From assembly GCA_030324005.1 (NCBI GenBank), contig JARDVH010000110.1:9166776-9230775 (forward strand): DNA of 64,000 bases. The letters are read 5' to 3'. Positions 1 to 13,199 of this stretch are shown here, piece after piece. The notes under the pieces are model-generated. The model was not told the DNA's origin, searched no databases, and worked only from the letters and a program-made list of their open reading frames with translations. The stretch's first letter is position 1, and the number at the start of each line of letters is the position of its first letter. A program made the translations under genes and the position numbers. The DNA is from Negaprion brevirostris (lineage: Eukaryota).

Positions 1-369
1 GTTGAGGGAGAGACTATTGTCGTCACACCAGTTCTCCAGATTCTCTATCTCATTTCAGGAAATACATGAGTTTGTGTCTATCAGCAAATTCTTTGAGTTT
101 CCCTGTTTATCTTTTTGAGGTGGTAGTTAAGGAACCTTCAGTTCTTGGTGAAATTGCTACCACAGGTTCTTTTAATAGGCAGGCTGCTTTAATGTTTGGG
201 CCAAAGGATGGCTTCTCTTGCAACACCATGCTGCTCTGGTCTGGGTCTTTTGTGAAATCCTCAACTGATTCTTCAAGCCACACTTTCTGACTATGCAAAA
301 AGATGAATCCTGCAAGCAAAACTGTATTCTACAGACAATAATCACCATTCAAGTTGCTTTTTAAAAAAA

Positions 370-2180
370 ATTCATTCTTGTGATATGAGCATCGCAGGTT
401 CAACCGGTGTTTATTGCCCATCCCTAGTTACCCTTGAGAAGTTGATGGTCAGCTGCAATCTTGAGTCGCTGCTGTGTAGGCACACTCAGTGCTATTAAGG
501 AGGGGGTCCTAGGATTTTGACCCAGTGACGATGAAGGAGCAGTGATATATTTCCAAGTCAGAATAGAATGCGGTTTGGAGTGGAACTAGGTGTGCACACG
601 TGCATGTGTGTTGCCTTGTCCTTCTACCTGGTAAAGGCCGCGAATTCAGAAGGTGCTGCCGAGGGTGTCTTTGTGAGTTGCTGCAGTGCCCCTTGTAGAT
701 GGTACACACAGCTGTCACTGTGTAGGTGTGGAGTGAGGGAATGTTGAATGTGCTAGGTGGGGTGTCAATCATTTGGCTGCTTTGCCCTGGATGGTGTTGA
801 GCTTGAGTGGTGTTGGAGCTGTACTCATCCAGGCAAGTGGAGGATATTCCATTGCTTTCCTGACTTGTACCTTGTAGATGGTGAATAGGTTTTGGGGGAG
901 TCTGGAGGTGAGTTACTCACTGTAAAACATGCTTAAATTGAATTGGCTGATTCTGTGATGCCTGGATTTCAGTAGTATGCCAAGTGTTAGCACTTCTGAT
1001 TGAAGATGGTTTCAAATGTCATCTTTGTCTTTTGCATGGACATGTTGGATTCTGCCATCATTTCTATATGTGGAACTGCCTCTTTGTCTCTTTAACCACC
1101 ATCATTCATGTCCAGAAGTGGCAGAGCTGCAGAGCTTCAAGCTGTTCTGTTGATTGTGGGATTGTTTGGCTTTGTTTATTTCATGCTGTTTTCCATGTTT
1201 GAGACTTCCCCCAAAGCCTGTCAACCATCTACAAGGCGCAAGTCAGGAATACAAAGGAATATTCTCCACTTAGCTTTACTAAGTTGACACCTCATTGTTA
1301 GGTGTGCATGATGCTGCTCCTGGTATCCTTTCTTGTACTGTTCATTGAACTAGGGTTGGATCCTAGGTTTAATGGTAATATTTGAGTGAGAAATATGCTA
1401 TGAAGTTACAGATTGGGGTTGAATGGATATCTGCTGCTGCTGATGGCCCACAGTGCCTCATAAATTGCCAGTTTTGATTTGCTGGATTAGATCTGCATCT
1501 ATCCTATTTAGCATGGCGGAACAAAACATGGTGAAGGATGTTTTCAGTGTGATGTTAGGGTTTCATTGCCACAAGGACTGTGCAGTGGTCACTCCTACGC
1601 GTACTGTCGTGAACAGACACATCTGTGACATATCGTTTAGTGAGGATGAGCTCAAGTAGGTTTTCCCACTCATGTTGATTGCCTCAGGCCCAGCATGGCA
1701 ACCGTGACCAGCTTGGCCAGCAATAGTGCTGTGAAGATACTTTTGGTGATGAGCCTCACAGGGTAAGTTCTGCACCCTTGCCACTCGTTACCTCTGTCCA
1801 CTGGTGTTTAACATGGTGGAGTACTAATTCATCACCAGATGGTTTGGTAATCAAGAGACTTTCTTACTCATGTTTGATCTGATCAAAATGTTGAAGACTT
1901 CCAGCGCCACACTGCCCCAGCTGAATATACTGTGCTGCCACTTCTGAATTTGTCCTGCTGATGGGACAGGGCATCCGTAAGGATGGTGATGCCTTGAATA
2001 TAGTCAAGCTCACTGACTCATGCCTAATGGACAATGTCAGGCTGTTGCCTGAATTAAGTTTGAGGTACAGTTCTCCCACGTTTACGCATATCCTCAAATG
2101 TTGATAAGGAGAACTTTGGCTGAAAGAGTGGGGTTTGCCTTTTTTGTTTCTAAGGTGAGGTAATAGAACCAAGTGGCTTT
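370..2180 (-). mobile_element. Decayed non-LTR retrotransposon (CR1/L2-group LINE), 3' part
   Basis: Minus ORF 509..772 (TFNIPSLH..TVTAVCTIYK.HCSNS) matches the same C-terminal segment in the + strand copy at ~19250-19320. The 3' tail (minus) agggatgggcaataaa recurs in other copies in the window. Confidence 0.7.
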
Positions 2181-5100
2181 CAGAGGGTGAATAAGAGTCA
2201 AATACTTTGCTGTGGCTCAGGAGCCGCTTGTAAGCCAGATCATGTAACGATCCTTACCTAGAGACAATAGTGCGAGTTTATTAATCTCATGATAGTTACT
2301 GCAGTTAGCAGTTTATTCCAGATTTATTAATGAATGGAATTTAAATTTTCCCACCTGTCGTGGTAGGGTTTGAATGCGTGTTGTGGCAGGATTTGAAAGC
2401 ATGTCGTGGAGTATTAGTCTAGGCCTCTGGAGTGGTTCAGTAACATTAATATATTGCTACCANNNNNNNNNNNNNNNNTTTCACTCTGATATTGTTTGAA
2501 TATGAAGTCTCAACATCTTGAAGAATCAGGATTTTGATTTTTTTTTTGTTTTAACAAATGTTGAGTGTTTACCATCTGAAGAAACCTCTTTTGAGCCACT
2601 GTTCCAACCTGTATCCAGGGCACGAGTAATGAGTCAGAATAATGTTTGTATCTCTTTCACACAAGGGACACCACCATGGATTCTGGGCACTGGTGTGACA
2701 TTTGTACCTGGTCAGCCATTCCACTTGGGATACTAAACTGAGGTGGTACTGGAGGCAGTAGGTAGAAGAGTGCCTAAAACGGGGATATGATTGTATCATC
2801 AGTAAATCCGATGGGGGAATTCAGGAGAATCTTCATTATCCATAGAGCCGGAGAATGTGGAACTCTTTCCCACAGAGTTCGTGGTGAATCACATAGATAC
2901 ATTTGGGAGAAAAGATATGCTGGCAGGGTGAGGTCAGTAGAAAGAGTGTCACGTAGCATTTACAGCTCACAGACTAGCTGTGCCGGATAGCCTGTTTCTT
3001 AGCTGCAAATTTTGTCAACTTGATAAACTGAAAATGGCAACTGACAATTCCATCCAGTATTTGGAGAAACTCACCCTGACGTGCGTCTATTTGGAATGTC
3101 TAAAACCCCTCCCTCGTGTAGTCCTGTAAGAACAGGAGTAATGAGCAGTCAAAGCAGCCAGGTTATAGAAATTATAAAAGGATGCTGTGAGTAAGAAAAG
3201 AATAATGTCTGTTCAAAGGCTGAAAGTAGGGGGCATATCTCCAAGGCTGTTTGTTGTCAGTGGGTGTTGTTTTTGCTGGTGTTCACACATTGTCATACGA
3301 TATAACCAGAGGGATCTTGTCTTGTTGCGGGACATAGTGCTTTTCAACTGGTAAACCACTGCTGACAAGACCAAGTGCTGCTGGAGATCAGGGTAAGTAG
3401 CGCCTCTGCCACTCGGGTAAGCTGCGGGTCAGGGCTGTGTACTGGCGAGCTATGGCTTCAGGGTTTCTTCTTTAAGCTGTTCTCTTAAACTATCATTCAT
3501 TATTCATAAAAAGACAGTTATGTGAAACAGGCAGGTAGTCAGTGATGTCTGTAATAGCCCTTGTATTGGCAGGGAAGCAAGGGCTTTTTACATGTGAGTA
3601 TATAATTCCTGTTAAAAATCTTAAAATGGCAGCTTTTCATCCTTGCAACATTTTTAAAAATGACTGGGATTCCTGTTTAAAGCAAATCATCTCGACACAC
3701 CAAGAAGGTGCTTGGTGCAGAGTTAGCTGGAGCGTTATAATGAGATTACAGAAAGGGTAATCATGATTGCTCCATTGAATGCTGTCCAGATAGGGATCTA
3801 GTGAGAAGCATACCGGATTTCACTGTCACGGTCCCACGGTTAAATCATCTGCATTTTCTCACTGTCCGCATGAGGAATGACCACTTGGTGAATTATTGGA
3901 GAATGACAGAGTCCACTGGAAATTGTGATCTCAAATAACAAAGGATATTGGCAGGAAAATGGAGTTGAAGCATAAATCAACTGTATTTTAATTGAATGGC
4001 AGAATGGGCTGTGATTTAATGGCTTGTTCCTGTGTTCAAAAGGTGTGTGCAAATTGAAGATGAATTTTAAAGAAACATTTTAGCAATTATGGGAACCTGT
4101 TTGCATTTAATTATTTTGCTGCAGTGCTTTTCTGATGATGTACCATGCCTGTGTTATTTAATTTTTATTTCCATGTGTTTTTATTCTGTTTAATTTTGAC
4201 ATGCTCATTTATTTTTGGCCCCCTTGCTGGCAGAACTGGTTTAAGGTTTTGCGGATGGAGGCAAGACCACTTACTAACAACTTTAATCCATGGTCTCTTT
4301 CCACTTGAGACTGCAGGCTTGGGTCAGCCTTGTCTGGCAGTTTACATGACCTGTGATCTATCCTTAACATAATCGTAAGGCTCGCAATTCTTTCTGTGTA
4401 TTTGAAAATGTTTTATCTATGCAACATGTTATATTGTCTAGTTTTGTCTCAAAATCCTGAGCAAAATTTTTCCCATGGCCCATCATCCAGACAGCAGTCA
4501 GTAGACAAGCTCTGAAAACCTTTAATCTAGTCTATTTTTCATACTAACATTAAAAGTATGACTAAAGACTGGAATTCAAGATTCATGCCTCAAATTAAAA
4601 TTATTTTTAGGGTATTGCATGCTCGTAGCATTTGAAAATAAATTCATGCGAACTATTTGCCCAGAATGAATGAATTCAATATTTAAAATTCATATAGTTT
4701 TTGAGAGAACACAAATGCATAATTTTAAGTTGAAAGGTTTCTTTAGTGAAGGCTTTAATTTGGGACTTCACTAATATATTTTGTAGGTTTTCTTGTTTTT
4801 CTTCTGAGGATTCTTTGACCATGTTGTGCTTCAGTGTCCTTTGCGCAATACACAAAACAACTGCTTTGCCCAAGTGGTGGTTGTTCTGAGAATGCAGACA
4901 TTGGGTTCAACGCATAACCCATCATAGCTGAGCCTGTTCCATTCGTGCTCAGCCTGTATGCAAGTACTTTTCATCAGGGTCACCACATAGAAATGAAGAA
5001 TCAGCCTGATTCTCTTTTTCTCATACCCTTCAACTATTCCCCTTCAAAGGATACCAAGGTGCCAACTGCTGCCCTCTGAATTCATCCAAATCTACAAAGT

Positions 5101-5499
5101 GGGACTAAAACACAGAAACCGTCAGTCTCTTGTCTTCCTGCCTTCTTCAAGAAATCCTTTCATCCACATTTTAAGAATAAGTGCTCTTGGTGCGATGAGC
5201 TCCGTCTGGAAATATTTGGTGTGTGTATTGGACAAATTAGGAATCATAAGCTGTTGACTTTCTGTGCACTGTCTTGTACTGGAATTCTTTGCTGTGTGAT
5301 ATCAAGCTTGGACAAGTGAAAAGACTACCAAAGAAATTGCTTATGTTTTGTCCCCACCAATTCTGTAAAAACTTGGGTGTGGGGCCAGTGTTGATGATGA
5401 CAGAGTATAATGATATAGAATCTAGTCAGTTCACCCACCTGTCAGTGTTCATCCTGCACATCCTTTGGATCTAATGAGATCCATCAAAGATCCCAAAAG

Positions 5500-7460
5500 A
5501 CAGTATCGTCCCAGGCTAGCCGCAAGGACTCCCGCCGTCTATGGCAAAGTCTGCAAGATGTAACGGGCTTCAAGACGCTGGTTCCAACGCACCCCTTCCT
5601 GATGAGCTCGATGCATTCTATGCCTGTTTTGAGCACGCCCTACATCCTGGAAACCTTGGATGAACCTATATCGAGGTCACTATTGCAGATGTCAGAGCAA
5701 TCTTCTTCATGGTCAGTCCACGGAAATCAACTGGCTTGAATGGGGTAAACGCAGTAAGAAGTTTCACAACACCAGGTTAAAGTCCAACAGGTTTATTTGG
5801 TAGTAAACGCCACAAGCTTTCGGGGCTCTGATCCTTAGTCAAGTGTTTACCCCAGTTCAATGCCGGCATCTCCACGTTTTGAATAGGGTACCCAGGCATG
5901 CACTTAGATCCTGCACNNNNNNNNNNNNNNNNNNNNNNNNNNNNNNNNNNNNNNNNNNNNNNNNNNNNNNNNNNNNNNNNNNNNNNNNNNNNNNNNNNNN
6001 NNNNNNNNNNNNNNNNCATCTCCACGTTTTGAATAGGGTACCCAGGCATGCACTTAGATCCTGCACGGATCAGCTGGCGGGTGTATTCACACATGTCTTC
6101 AACCTCTCTTTACACCAGTCCGAGGTCCCTATCTGCTTCAAGAAGACAACCATCATCCCAGTTCCAAAGGAAAGCCAGGCAGCATACTTTTGATGACTGT
6201 CGTCTGGTGACTTGACATCCATCATTATGAAGTGCTTTGAAAGGTTAGTCATGGCACAAATCAATTTTAGCTGCCTAGACTGCCTGGATCCACTACAGTT
6301 TGCCTACTGCTGCAACAGGCCCACAGCCTGGCCCTGCACTCAACCCTGGAACATCTCGATAAACAAAGATACCTATGTCAGACTCCTATTTATTTAGTAC
6401 AGCTCAACCTTCATTACTCCTACGAAACCCATCTCCAAACCCCATGGCCTGGGCCTCACCACCTCCCTCTGCAACTGGATCCTGAACTTCCGAACCCGCA
6501 GATGACAATCAGTAAGGATAGGCAGCACCTCCTCCACAATCATCCTCAACACTGATGCCTCACAAGGCTCGTTCTCAGCCCCTACAACACCCCTGTCTGT
6601 CTATGACTATGTGGCCAAATTCCCTTTCAACTCGATTTTCAAGTTTGCTGATGATACTACCGCAGTGGGTCAAATCTTAAATAGTGACAAGATGGAGTAC
6701 GGGAATGAGAAAGAGAATCTGGTGAACTCGTGCAACAACAGTAATGTCTCCCTCAATGTCAACAAAATGAAGGAGATTGCATTTGACTTCGGCAAGCATG
6801 GTGGAGAACATGTCCCTGTCTACATCAATGGGGACAAAGTAAAAATGGTTGAAAGTTTCAGGTTTTTAGGTGTCCGGATCACCACCAACTTGTCCTGGTC
6901 CCCCCCATGCTGACACTATAGTTAAGAGAACCTACTAACGCGTCTACTTTCTCAGAAGACTAAGGAAATTTTGCACGTCAGTTTTGATTCTCTCCAGTTT
7001 TTACAAATGCACCATTAGAGAATTCTTTCTGGTTGTGTCACAGTTGCTGGTACGCTTCCCAAGACCGCAAGAAACTTCGAATGTAGCCCAGTCCATTACA
7101 CAAACTAGCCTTCCATCCATCGACTCTGTTTACACTTCCCGCTGCCTCAGCAAAGCAGCCACCATAATTAAGGACCCCATGCACCCTGGATGCACACTCT
7201 TCCACCTTCTTCCATGGGGAGAAAGATACAAAAGTCTGAGGCCACGTACCAACCGACTCGAACAGCTTTATCCCTGTTGCCATTAGACTTTTGAATGGAC
7301 CTACCTCGCATTATATTGATCTTTCTTGACACCCTAGTTATGACTGTAATACTACATTCTGCACTCTCTCCTTCTCTGTGAACGTAATGCATTGTCTGCA
7401 AATGCGCAAGAAACAATACCTTTCACTGTATGCTAATACATGTGACAATAACAAATCAGA
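5500..7460 (+). mobile_element. Rex1/Babar-like LINE, decayed RT region and 3' UTR
   Basis: ORF fragments CTDQLAGVFTHVFNLSL..VPICFKKTTIIPVPK, TSIIMKCFERLV, LDPLQFAY, IFKFADDTT (RT catalytic motif), VESFRFLGV. 3' tail tgtgacaataacaaatc. Frameshifts and stops are present. Confidence 0.85.
5741..5878 (-). mobile_element. Mini Penelope terminal-repeat element inserted in the Rex1-like LINE
   Basis: Same sequence as the ends of the Penelope element at 19528-21420 (caccaggttaaagtccaacaggtttatttggtag). Inverted ends tggggtaaac/gtttacccca. Flanked by ttgaatggggta / ttgaatagggta. Confidence 0.75.
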
Positions 7461-7812
7461 AACATTAACCAAATTTCACCCTTTCCCAATATTCCTTTAA
7501 TCCTTTTTCCCCTCAGGTCACCACCAGTGTTGTCTAGATTTGCTTTCAGAACATTTTGTTTTCTTTTTGTCAGTGCTCCCTCATTGTATCGAAGTTTCAG
7601 GGGCTGAGATGCTGCGCTCCATAATTGCTCCTCATGAGCTGTTTAAGTCTGGTACTCCTCGTGCACATATGCAAATGGACATTAGAGTGGTGTTATGAAG
7701 CAGAGATTAATTCCCCACTCTGAGAACTCTCACCACCACCCAAAGAGGAATAGCTTGCCTCATAATGTGTTAAAAATGTTTGAGAAGTAGTATAATCTGC
7801 TCTTCAACTTTT

Positions 7813-8440
7813 TGTGGTTAAATCAAAAATAATTACCAGAGACTCTTGTTTAAAATCAACAAATAACATTTTATTGTCTAACAGTGAACAGTTTAACTAA
7901 ACTATTAACAAACCAAATAAGCACTATTCTAATGGAATGCTATTTAGATAAATACAATTCCCACTTGTTAAGAAAAAGAATAGAATTTTTAATTGCTCTC
8001 TAAATTGCAATCAGGTTTGGCATCTTGCAGCATCTTCTGTCTTTGCTCTCTTCGCTATTGAGACGAGGCTTTCTTTTAAGACATAAATGCAGCTATGAGA
8101 GCCAGCAAATCTGGCTGGATCTGAGAGCGGTGGCAGGTGCTTTTCCAGTTTGTGCCCCCATCTCTTACACCTGTGATGACATATCAGTATTTCCCACAAT
8201 ATGAATGGTTTTCAGGTTACCAAAACACCAATTTCAAATCTAATAGGTTGCTGGTTGCTAAGTGCCTAATTTAGGCTAAAATTCAAAAACAGCCTGTTGT
8301 CTTGGCAACACTGCTGTTTGGCCTTTGATACAATGTTTCAGCCTGTGTACTGGCACCATATGCACCTGCATTTTTTTTAACTTTCTAAGCACAGCAAAAC
8401 ACTGCTTTTTAAAGGGGACCAAGCAATACTTTCACCTCTC
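7813..8440 (-). mobile_element. Possible solo LTR remnant
   Basis: TG...CA-bounded segment with a minus-strand AATAAA (tttatt near 7870). No clear target-site duplication. Confidence 0.25.
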
Positions 8441-8654
8441 AGCACTTTACAGTTTATTTTATTTACAGCCTGTTACACTACCTCTTCATCCCCATCTTGA
8501 ATGATGCTGTTGACTCTTCATGGTGGGGGGTGTTTAGGTGCCTGCCCTTTCATGCAATGTCTGATTGTGAATATCAGTATGGGGAGACAGTGGTGTAGGT
8601 GTTGTTGCATACTAGGTGTCTACCCTCGTGCAATGCTCAATTGTAAATATCAGC

Positions 8655-8975
8655 ATGGGGAGGTAGTGGTATTGTCGCTGGATTAGTAATCCAGACACCC
8701 AGGGTAAGAATGGAGACCTAGGTTCAAATCAACGTTGGCAGATGGTGAAATTTGAAATCAGTTTATAAAAAAAGTCTAATGATGACCACAAAATGAATGC
8801 CATAAAAAGCTGTTTGGTTCACTCATGTTCTTTCAGAAAGGAAATCTGTCATCCTTATTTGGTCTGGCCTATGCGTGATTCCAGATACATAGCAATATGG
8901 TCTTAAATACCCTTTGAAATGGGATGGACAATAAACACTGGCCCAGTCAACAATGCCCACATCCGTAAATAAATA
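8655..8975 (+). mobile_element. tRNA-derived SINE with the LINE-type 3' tail
   Basis: A/B-box-like head (gtagtggtattgtc...ggttcaaatc). Body similar to 39875-40245 and 59166-59337. Tail gggatggacaataaacactggccc matches the CR1/L2-group LINE 3' end. Confidence 0.7.
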
Positions 8976-10609
8976 ATACTATTTAAACATTGGGAAAGAT
9001 CAGAATTGTGTCCGAGCCTGTGCTGCCTAGTATCTCTCAGCCATTTGAGATATTTCTAAATCAGGAGAAATGAAATTACTTTTAGCATAGTTTTGCCACT
9101 TGAGTTGTGAAGAACTAAGCAGTTGGGATCTTGCGACTTTGTCGAGCTCAGTTATCACGTGTGTCGGATTCCAACCAAGTCTCGAATGTTTCTAACCCCT
9201 TCATCCCAAACTGACTAATTGTTCTGAAATTATCCATTTTGAATGGCCTGTATGAAAGAGCGGCCTCACGCTCACCTGTACAAACAGTTCACTTATGCTG
9301 TTTACCTTGCAGTCTGGCAGCTCCCTGATCAAATAGTCAGGTGGATTGAAAGCTGGGGTTTATTTAGTTAGTTTGAGTTGGAAGGACAGATATCACAACC
9401 TCCTGCGGAGATTGCTCAAATGTTACGAAGAGGTATCTGAAAAAATTCTTGGATTCTGGTAAGTAAAGTGAAAACTGACCTAAAGCAAACATTTATGGTG
9501 TGTTTTATGAATTTTTTCCACAAGTTAAAAAGTATTTTAGTCTCTTATTTTTGTTTTTAAAAAGGTAATTTTTATTTTTCCGATTTCTATCTAAATGCTG
9601 TGCATTATATAGCTTTGCTCGCACCACAGTTTAACAGTTACCAGGCCATGGAACAGTGAACTCTTGAACTTGGAGTCAAAAAGAGAGCTCTTTAGAAAGA
9701 GTTGAAGGTTACACATGGTGGGAAGTTGCGATTGGAGGTTATGGTGACCATGCAGAGGAGCAAGGGGAGGGGAGCGTTGGGGGTGTGGGAGAGATTTGAA
9801 GGGAAAGGAGGTTTTGAGCAAGGGGGCATAGGGCTAGGCTTCATGGGGATGAAGGTTGAGGGTTGTGATTAAAGTGGGAAAGTGGTTAGCAATATCCACT
9901 GGTCATAGAGTAATCTTGTTGAAATGACTCTATTTCCCTGTGGGAGCAGTTTAATTTGCTCTATGGAATTGTCTGGTTTAAACACAGATTTGAAGCAGTA
10001 TTGAAGTGGAGAACTTTGCTTTACAGCTTACAGCAACACCCTATGATGCTGTAATTTCTTGTGTGACTGTGGCAACTGATTTTAGATTATATGTGGATGT
10101 TAGAAACTAGTTTCAATAGAGATAGAAAAGTTTATATTTGTTTCTAAGTGGCAGCGTCCCAGAGCATCCCTATTCTCAGCACTGCTCTTGCTATTAATGT
10201 GTTCTCTTGTGTGTTGACCAGGCTTGAGCCTCATCTATTTGGCATTTCATTCACTCTTGGCCTAATGGGAACATTGGACTGCCTGCTTTAGCCAAAACAT
10301 GATTGATTTTTGGTGGATTGAATCAACTTGCCTGAGTATCTTGGGGTAATTTGGAAATGACTAATTTCTCTGCAGTTTTTATTTGTTTTCAAAGTGGAAT
10401 GTTGCTGTTGTGTTTTCTTTAGTAAGTGAATATACGTTTGGTGACAGTAACAATCCCTGCATACTGGGGAGGGGTGCAGAGGGAGAAGAAAATTACCATG
10501 AAAGTATATAGAAGTTATAAAATAGTCCATATGGCAGAAGCAGTCTGTCAGTGTTTACCAACAGTGCGAGGAAATAGTTTGAATCACATTTATTTACTGT
10601 TTCCATATC

Positions 10610-10725
10610 CCAAATGCTAGAAATCTGAAATAAAAACATAGTGCTCAAAGTACACAAGTTGGGGCAGCATCTGTGGAGAGAGAGTATTAATGTTTCAGGT
10701 TGGATGACCTTTCACCAAAACTGAA
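10610..10725 (-). repeat. Penelope-like solo terminal repeat (second family), degenerate hammerhead motif
   Basis: gaaatctgaaataaaaac...gcagcatctgtggagagagag...tttcaggttggatgacctttc. Related copies occur at about 21560, 26715, 30045, 52218, 54680, 59005 and 62390. Confidence 0.6.
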
Positions 10726-10779
10726 GGAAGAGTTTTATGCCAGTAGAAATGGGGAGTGGACATTGAATTGCATCACACG

Positions 10780-11068
10780 CTTCTTTGTAGGTGCTTGTTT
10801 TAATGGACTTTATGGTTGACTAAGCAGTATGGCAGTGGTGTGATTGCTGATGACTTGAGAATCGAGTGTTTGTTAGGTGCTGACTGAAGAGGATCATCTT
10901 GATGGAATCTTTGAAGTCACTGATAATTTTCTGGCAGCATTGATTCTGTTGCCTCCACGGTTTGAGGGTCAGGCTGATGGAAATAGTAGATCAGACAAGG
11001 TGGTGATCAGTTTGTCAGTTGTCAATATCTGTCCATGAAGTGCACTAAAATAAGCACCTACAAAGAAG
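10780..11068. repeat. Inverted repeat with ~36-bp arms (possible MITE)
   Basis: cttctttgtaggtgcttgttttaatggactttatgg (10780-10815) versus the reverse complement of ccatgaagtgcactaaaataagcacctacaaagaag (11033-11068). Confidence 0.6.
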
Positions 11069-13160
11069 TTTTTGGTCCCTCTACCAGGAAACATGGTTGT
11101 TTTTAATCAAACCAGTCACTGTGACATAGAATCCAATTGAGTGCAAGCGCAAAGCCTTCATTTATGGAAAAATTCATCAAATCCTAAGGGAAAAGCAGCA
11201 GCCTTATAGGCACATGAAGGCAGTGGTACCACATAAAACACAAGACAAAGAAGTGATGGCTAGGAAGAGCTGGAGATCCATCAATTGCCAGTACCTGTAA
11301 TGTGGAGACCTCTCTGATCCCTTTCTGGCACAATGAAGCCAGTGCCAGCATTTGGACTTTGAGTGGTGTCATGAGGTCTTGTGCCCCTCTCATTGGTGGA
11401 ACAGGGTGTTGGTTATGGCAAGGCCATGTTCTAGACTCAAAAGACTCAGTTGGAGTTTGCTTTCTTTGCCTATCATGCCTTTCCAGAGATTTGCATCCTC
11501 CCTGACTGGCACGGTAACCTTGACGAGGATCAGCCAGCAGGCACTTGCTCAAAGTTGGAATGGAATGGAATCTCTCCGTGGCATTGTCTGTTGTCTCAAG
11601 TATAGGTTTGTGTGCGCTGATGACAGGAGCATGATGATTCATGGTTAGCATGAGCTAGGTTGTCATAAGGCACCACACAAGCTGGGGCATGTTAGTTGAC
11701 TTGAGGTCATAATTAAGAAAATAAATAGGGTACAAGATTAAATTGTTAAATTAGTTGAGTTCAAATACCTAGGCCTGCTAATCGTGGTAAAGCTGTGTTT
11801 GGGTTTTGATCAGCCTGCGCTTGTATATAATATTGCTTAGTCCTGTTCAGTGATATAATGGCTACCCAGGTCTTGGAGCAGGAAGAGTAAAGAGATCACT
11901 AAAGAGTGACTTGCTGAGTGCTGGTTCTCTAGTCTTCGAGACCTCCAGGTGATCCTAGATGTCATATGGAGTACTTAATGTGGTAGAAAATGTGGTGTAA
12001 ATCCAAAGCCATATGGTCAGGCACACCAGAGTAAGAGACAAGGTTGTGACAAGTAGGTTTCAGTTAGTGCCAGTAGATGCTGCTTTACAGTGAATGATCA
12101 ACTACTGCAGTGGATTGCAAAGAGGGTTAATTAAGACCAGACACTGAAATTAGTTAAGGCATCAGATGTTTTAATACAAAGGAAGGATGAGATTAAAATG
12201 GACTGAATGGCTAATCTGTGGGCAGGCTTTTTGAGTCTGACAGCCTTTTCATGTTCCTTAAAAATATTACACTAATTCTAGTTTTCAAAAATATTCCAAT
12301 GACAGTTTTCAAATGAGTCTCAACAGTGAATGTCGCAAGCTGTCCTCTTGTGGAGAATTAGAAGCCCGAGTGCACTATTCTTCCACCACGTGCATACTCT
12401 GCACTTTTTTAAAAAGTCTTTTCCCTAGTCCAGAGGAGCTGAGGCCATTCCAGCTGCTGGCAATTAGTGAAGTTGGTCAACTCGGTTTGATTGAAGTGTG
12501 GAACCCCATGAAGTGAGATTTGATCGTAGCTGCAGCGGGAGTTTTATGTATTCATTGGTCATTGGTAGAAATGACTTTGATTTTTGGGCAGTTATAACTG
12601 TTTTTAGAAGTGATTTCCAACCCTGTGTTGGCAACTTGTTTTTTTTAAATCAAAACTTTATTGTACATCTATATATTTATCCATATGTTCCCAAGTAAGG
12701 CACTTTCAAAAGGGAAGTTGATGGTATTTATACAAAGCCTGATTTCCATATATAGTCATTCCAGTGCAGTGCTAGTTTGTAATAAAATGATTACTGAAGG
12801 GATTATTTGGTTTTTAAAAAAGAAATTTTTTAAAAAAAAAGTTACTTGTTTAATCATGTGTGCTGAGCAGTTGTGAAATCTTGAAATCAGAATTGAGAAG
12901 CTGGAAAAATTTGGGAAGGATGGTCCATCTCTGAAAAAGACATGCCCTTGATGGATTTAATGGCCTTTTGCTTTCCTAATAGTTCTGCGTGATGATTCTA
13001 CTAGCACTGCACTTTGCTTAGCTAATATATTCATGTGTAACCTTAAACAATTTTCTGAGGGTCAATGCTTATTTCAACTACTTCTTGGAATGCAACCTAT
13101 GCTTAGTGCTGATAATTGCTAACAAATAAAGCTGTCTACTTCAATGTGATCGTGTCTGGC

Positions 13161-13199
13161 TTCTAACTGCTTCTCTTCCTTCCTTTTGTTATCCTGCAG
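13161..13199 (+). promoter_or_regulatory. Branch point, polypyrimidine tract and 3' splice site of the FBXW11 exon at 13200
   Basis: ttctaac branch-like motif, then ttctcttccttccttttgttatcctgcag. Confidence 0.8.

Noticed and set aside
60-320. ORFs 66..290 (+) and 107..319 (-)
   Set aside because: No recognisable protein family. Adjacent to a small RT remnant (ENWCDDNSLSLN on minus at 1-40).
5867-6066. 50-bp direct repeat flanking a 100-N gap
   Set aside because: Identical sequence on both sides of a placeholder gap indicates unmerged contig overlap, not biology.
11184-11651. 155-aa minus ORF and overlapping + ORFs
   Set aside because: No recognisable domain or splice context. Possibly a decayed L1/Tx1 remnant, but I cannot support that call.
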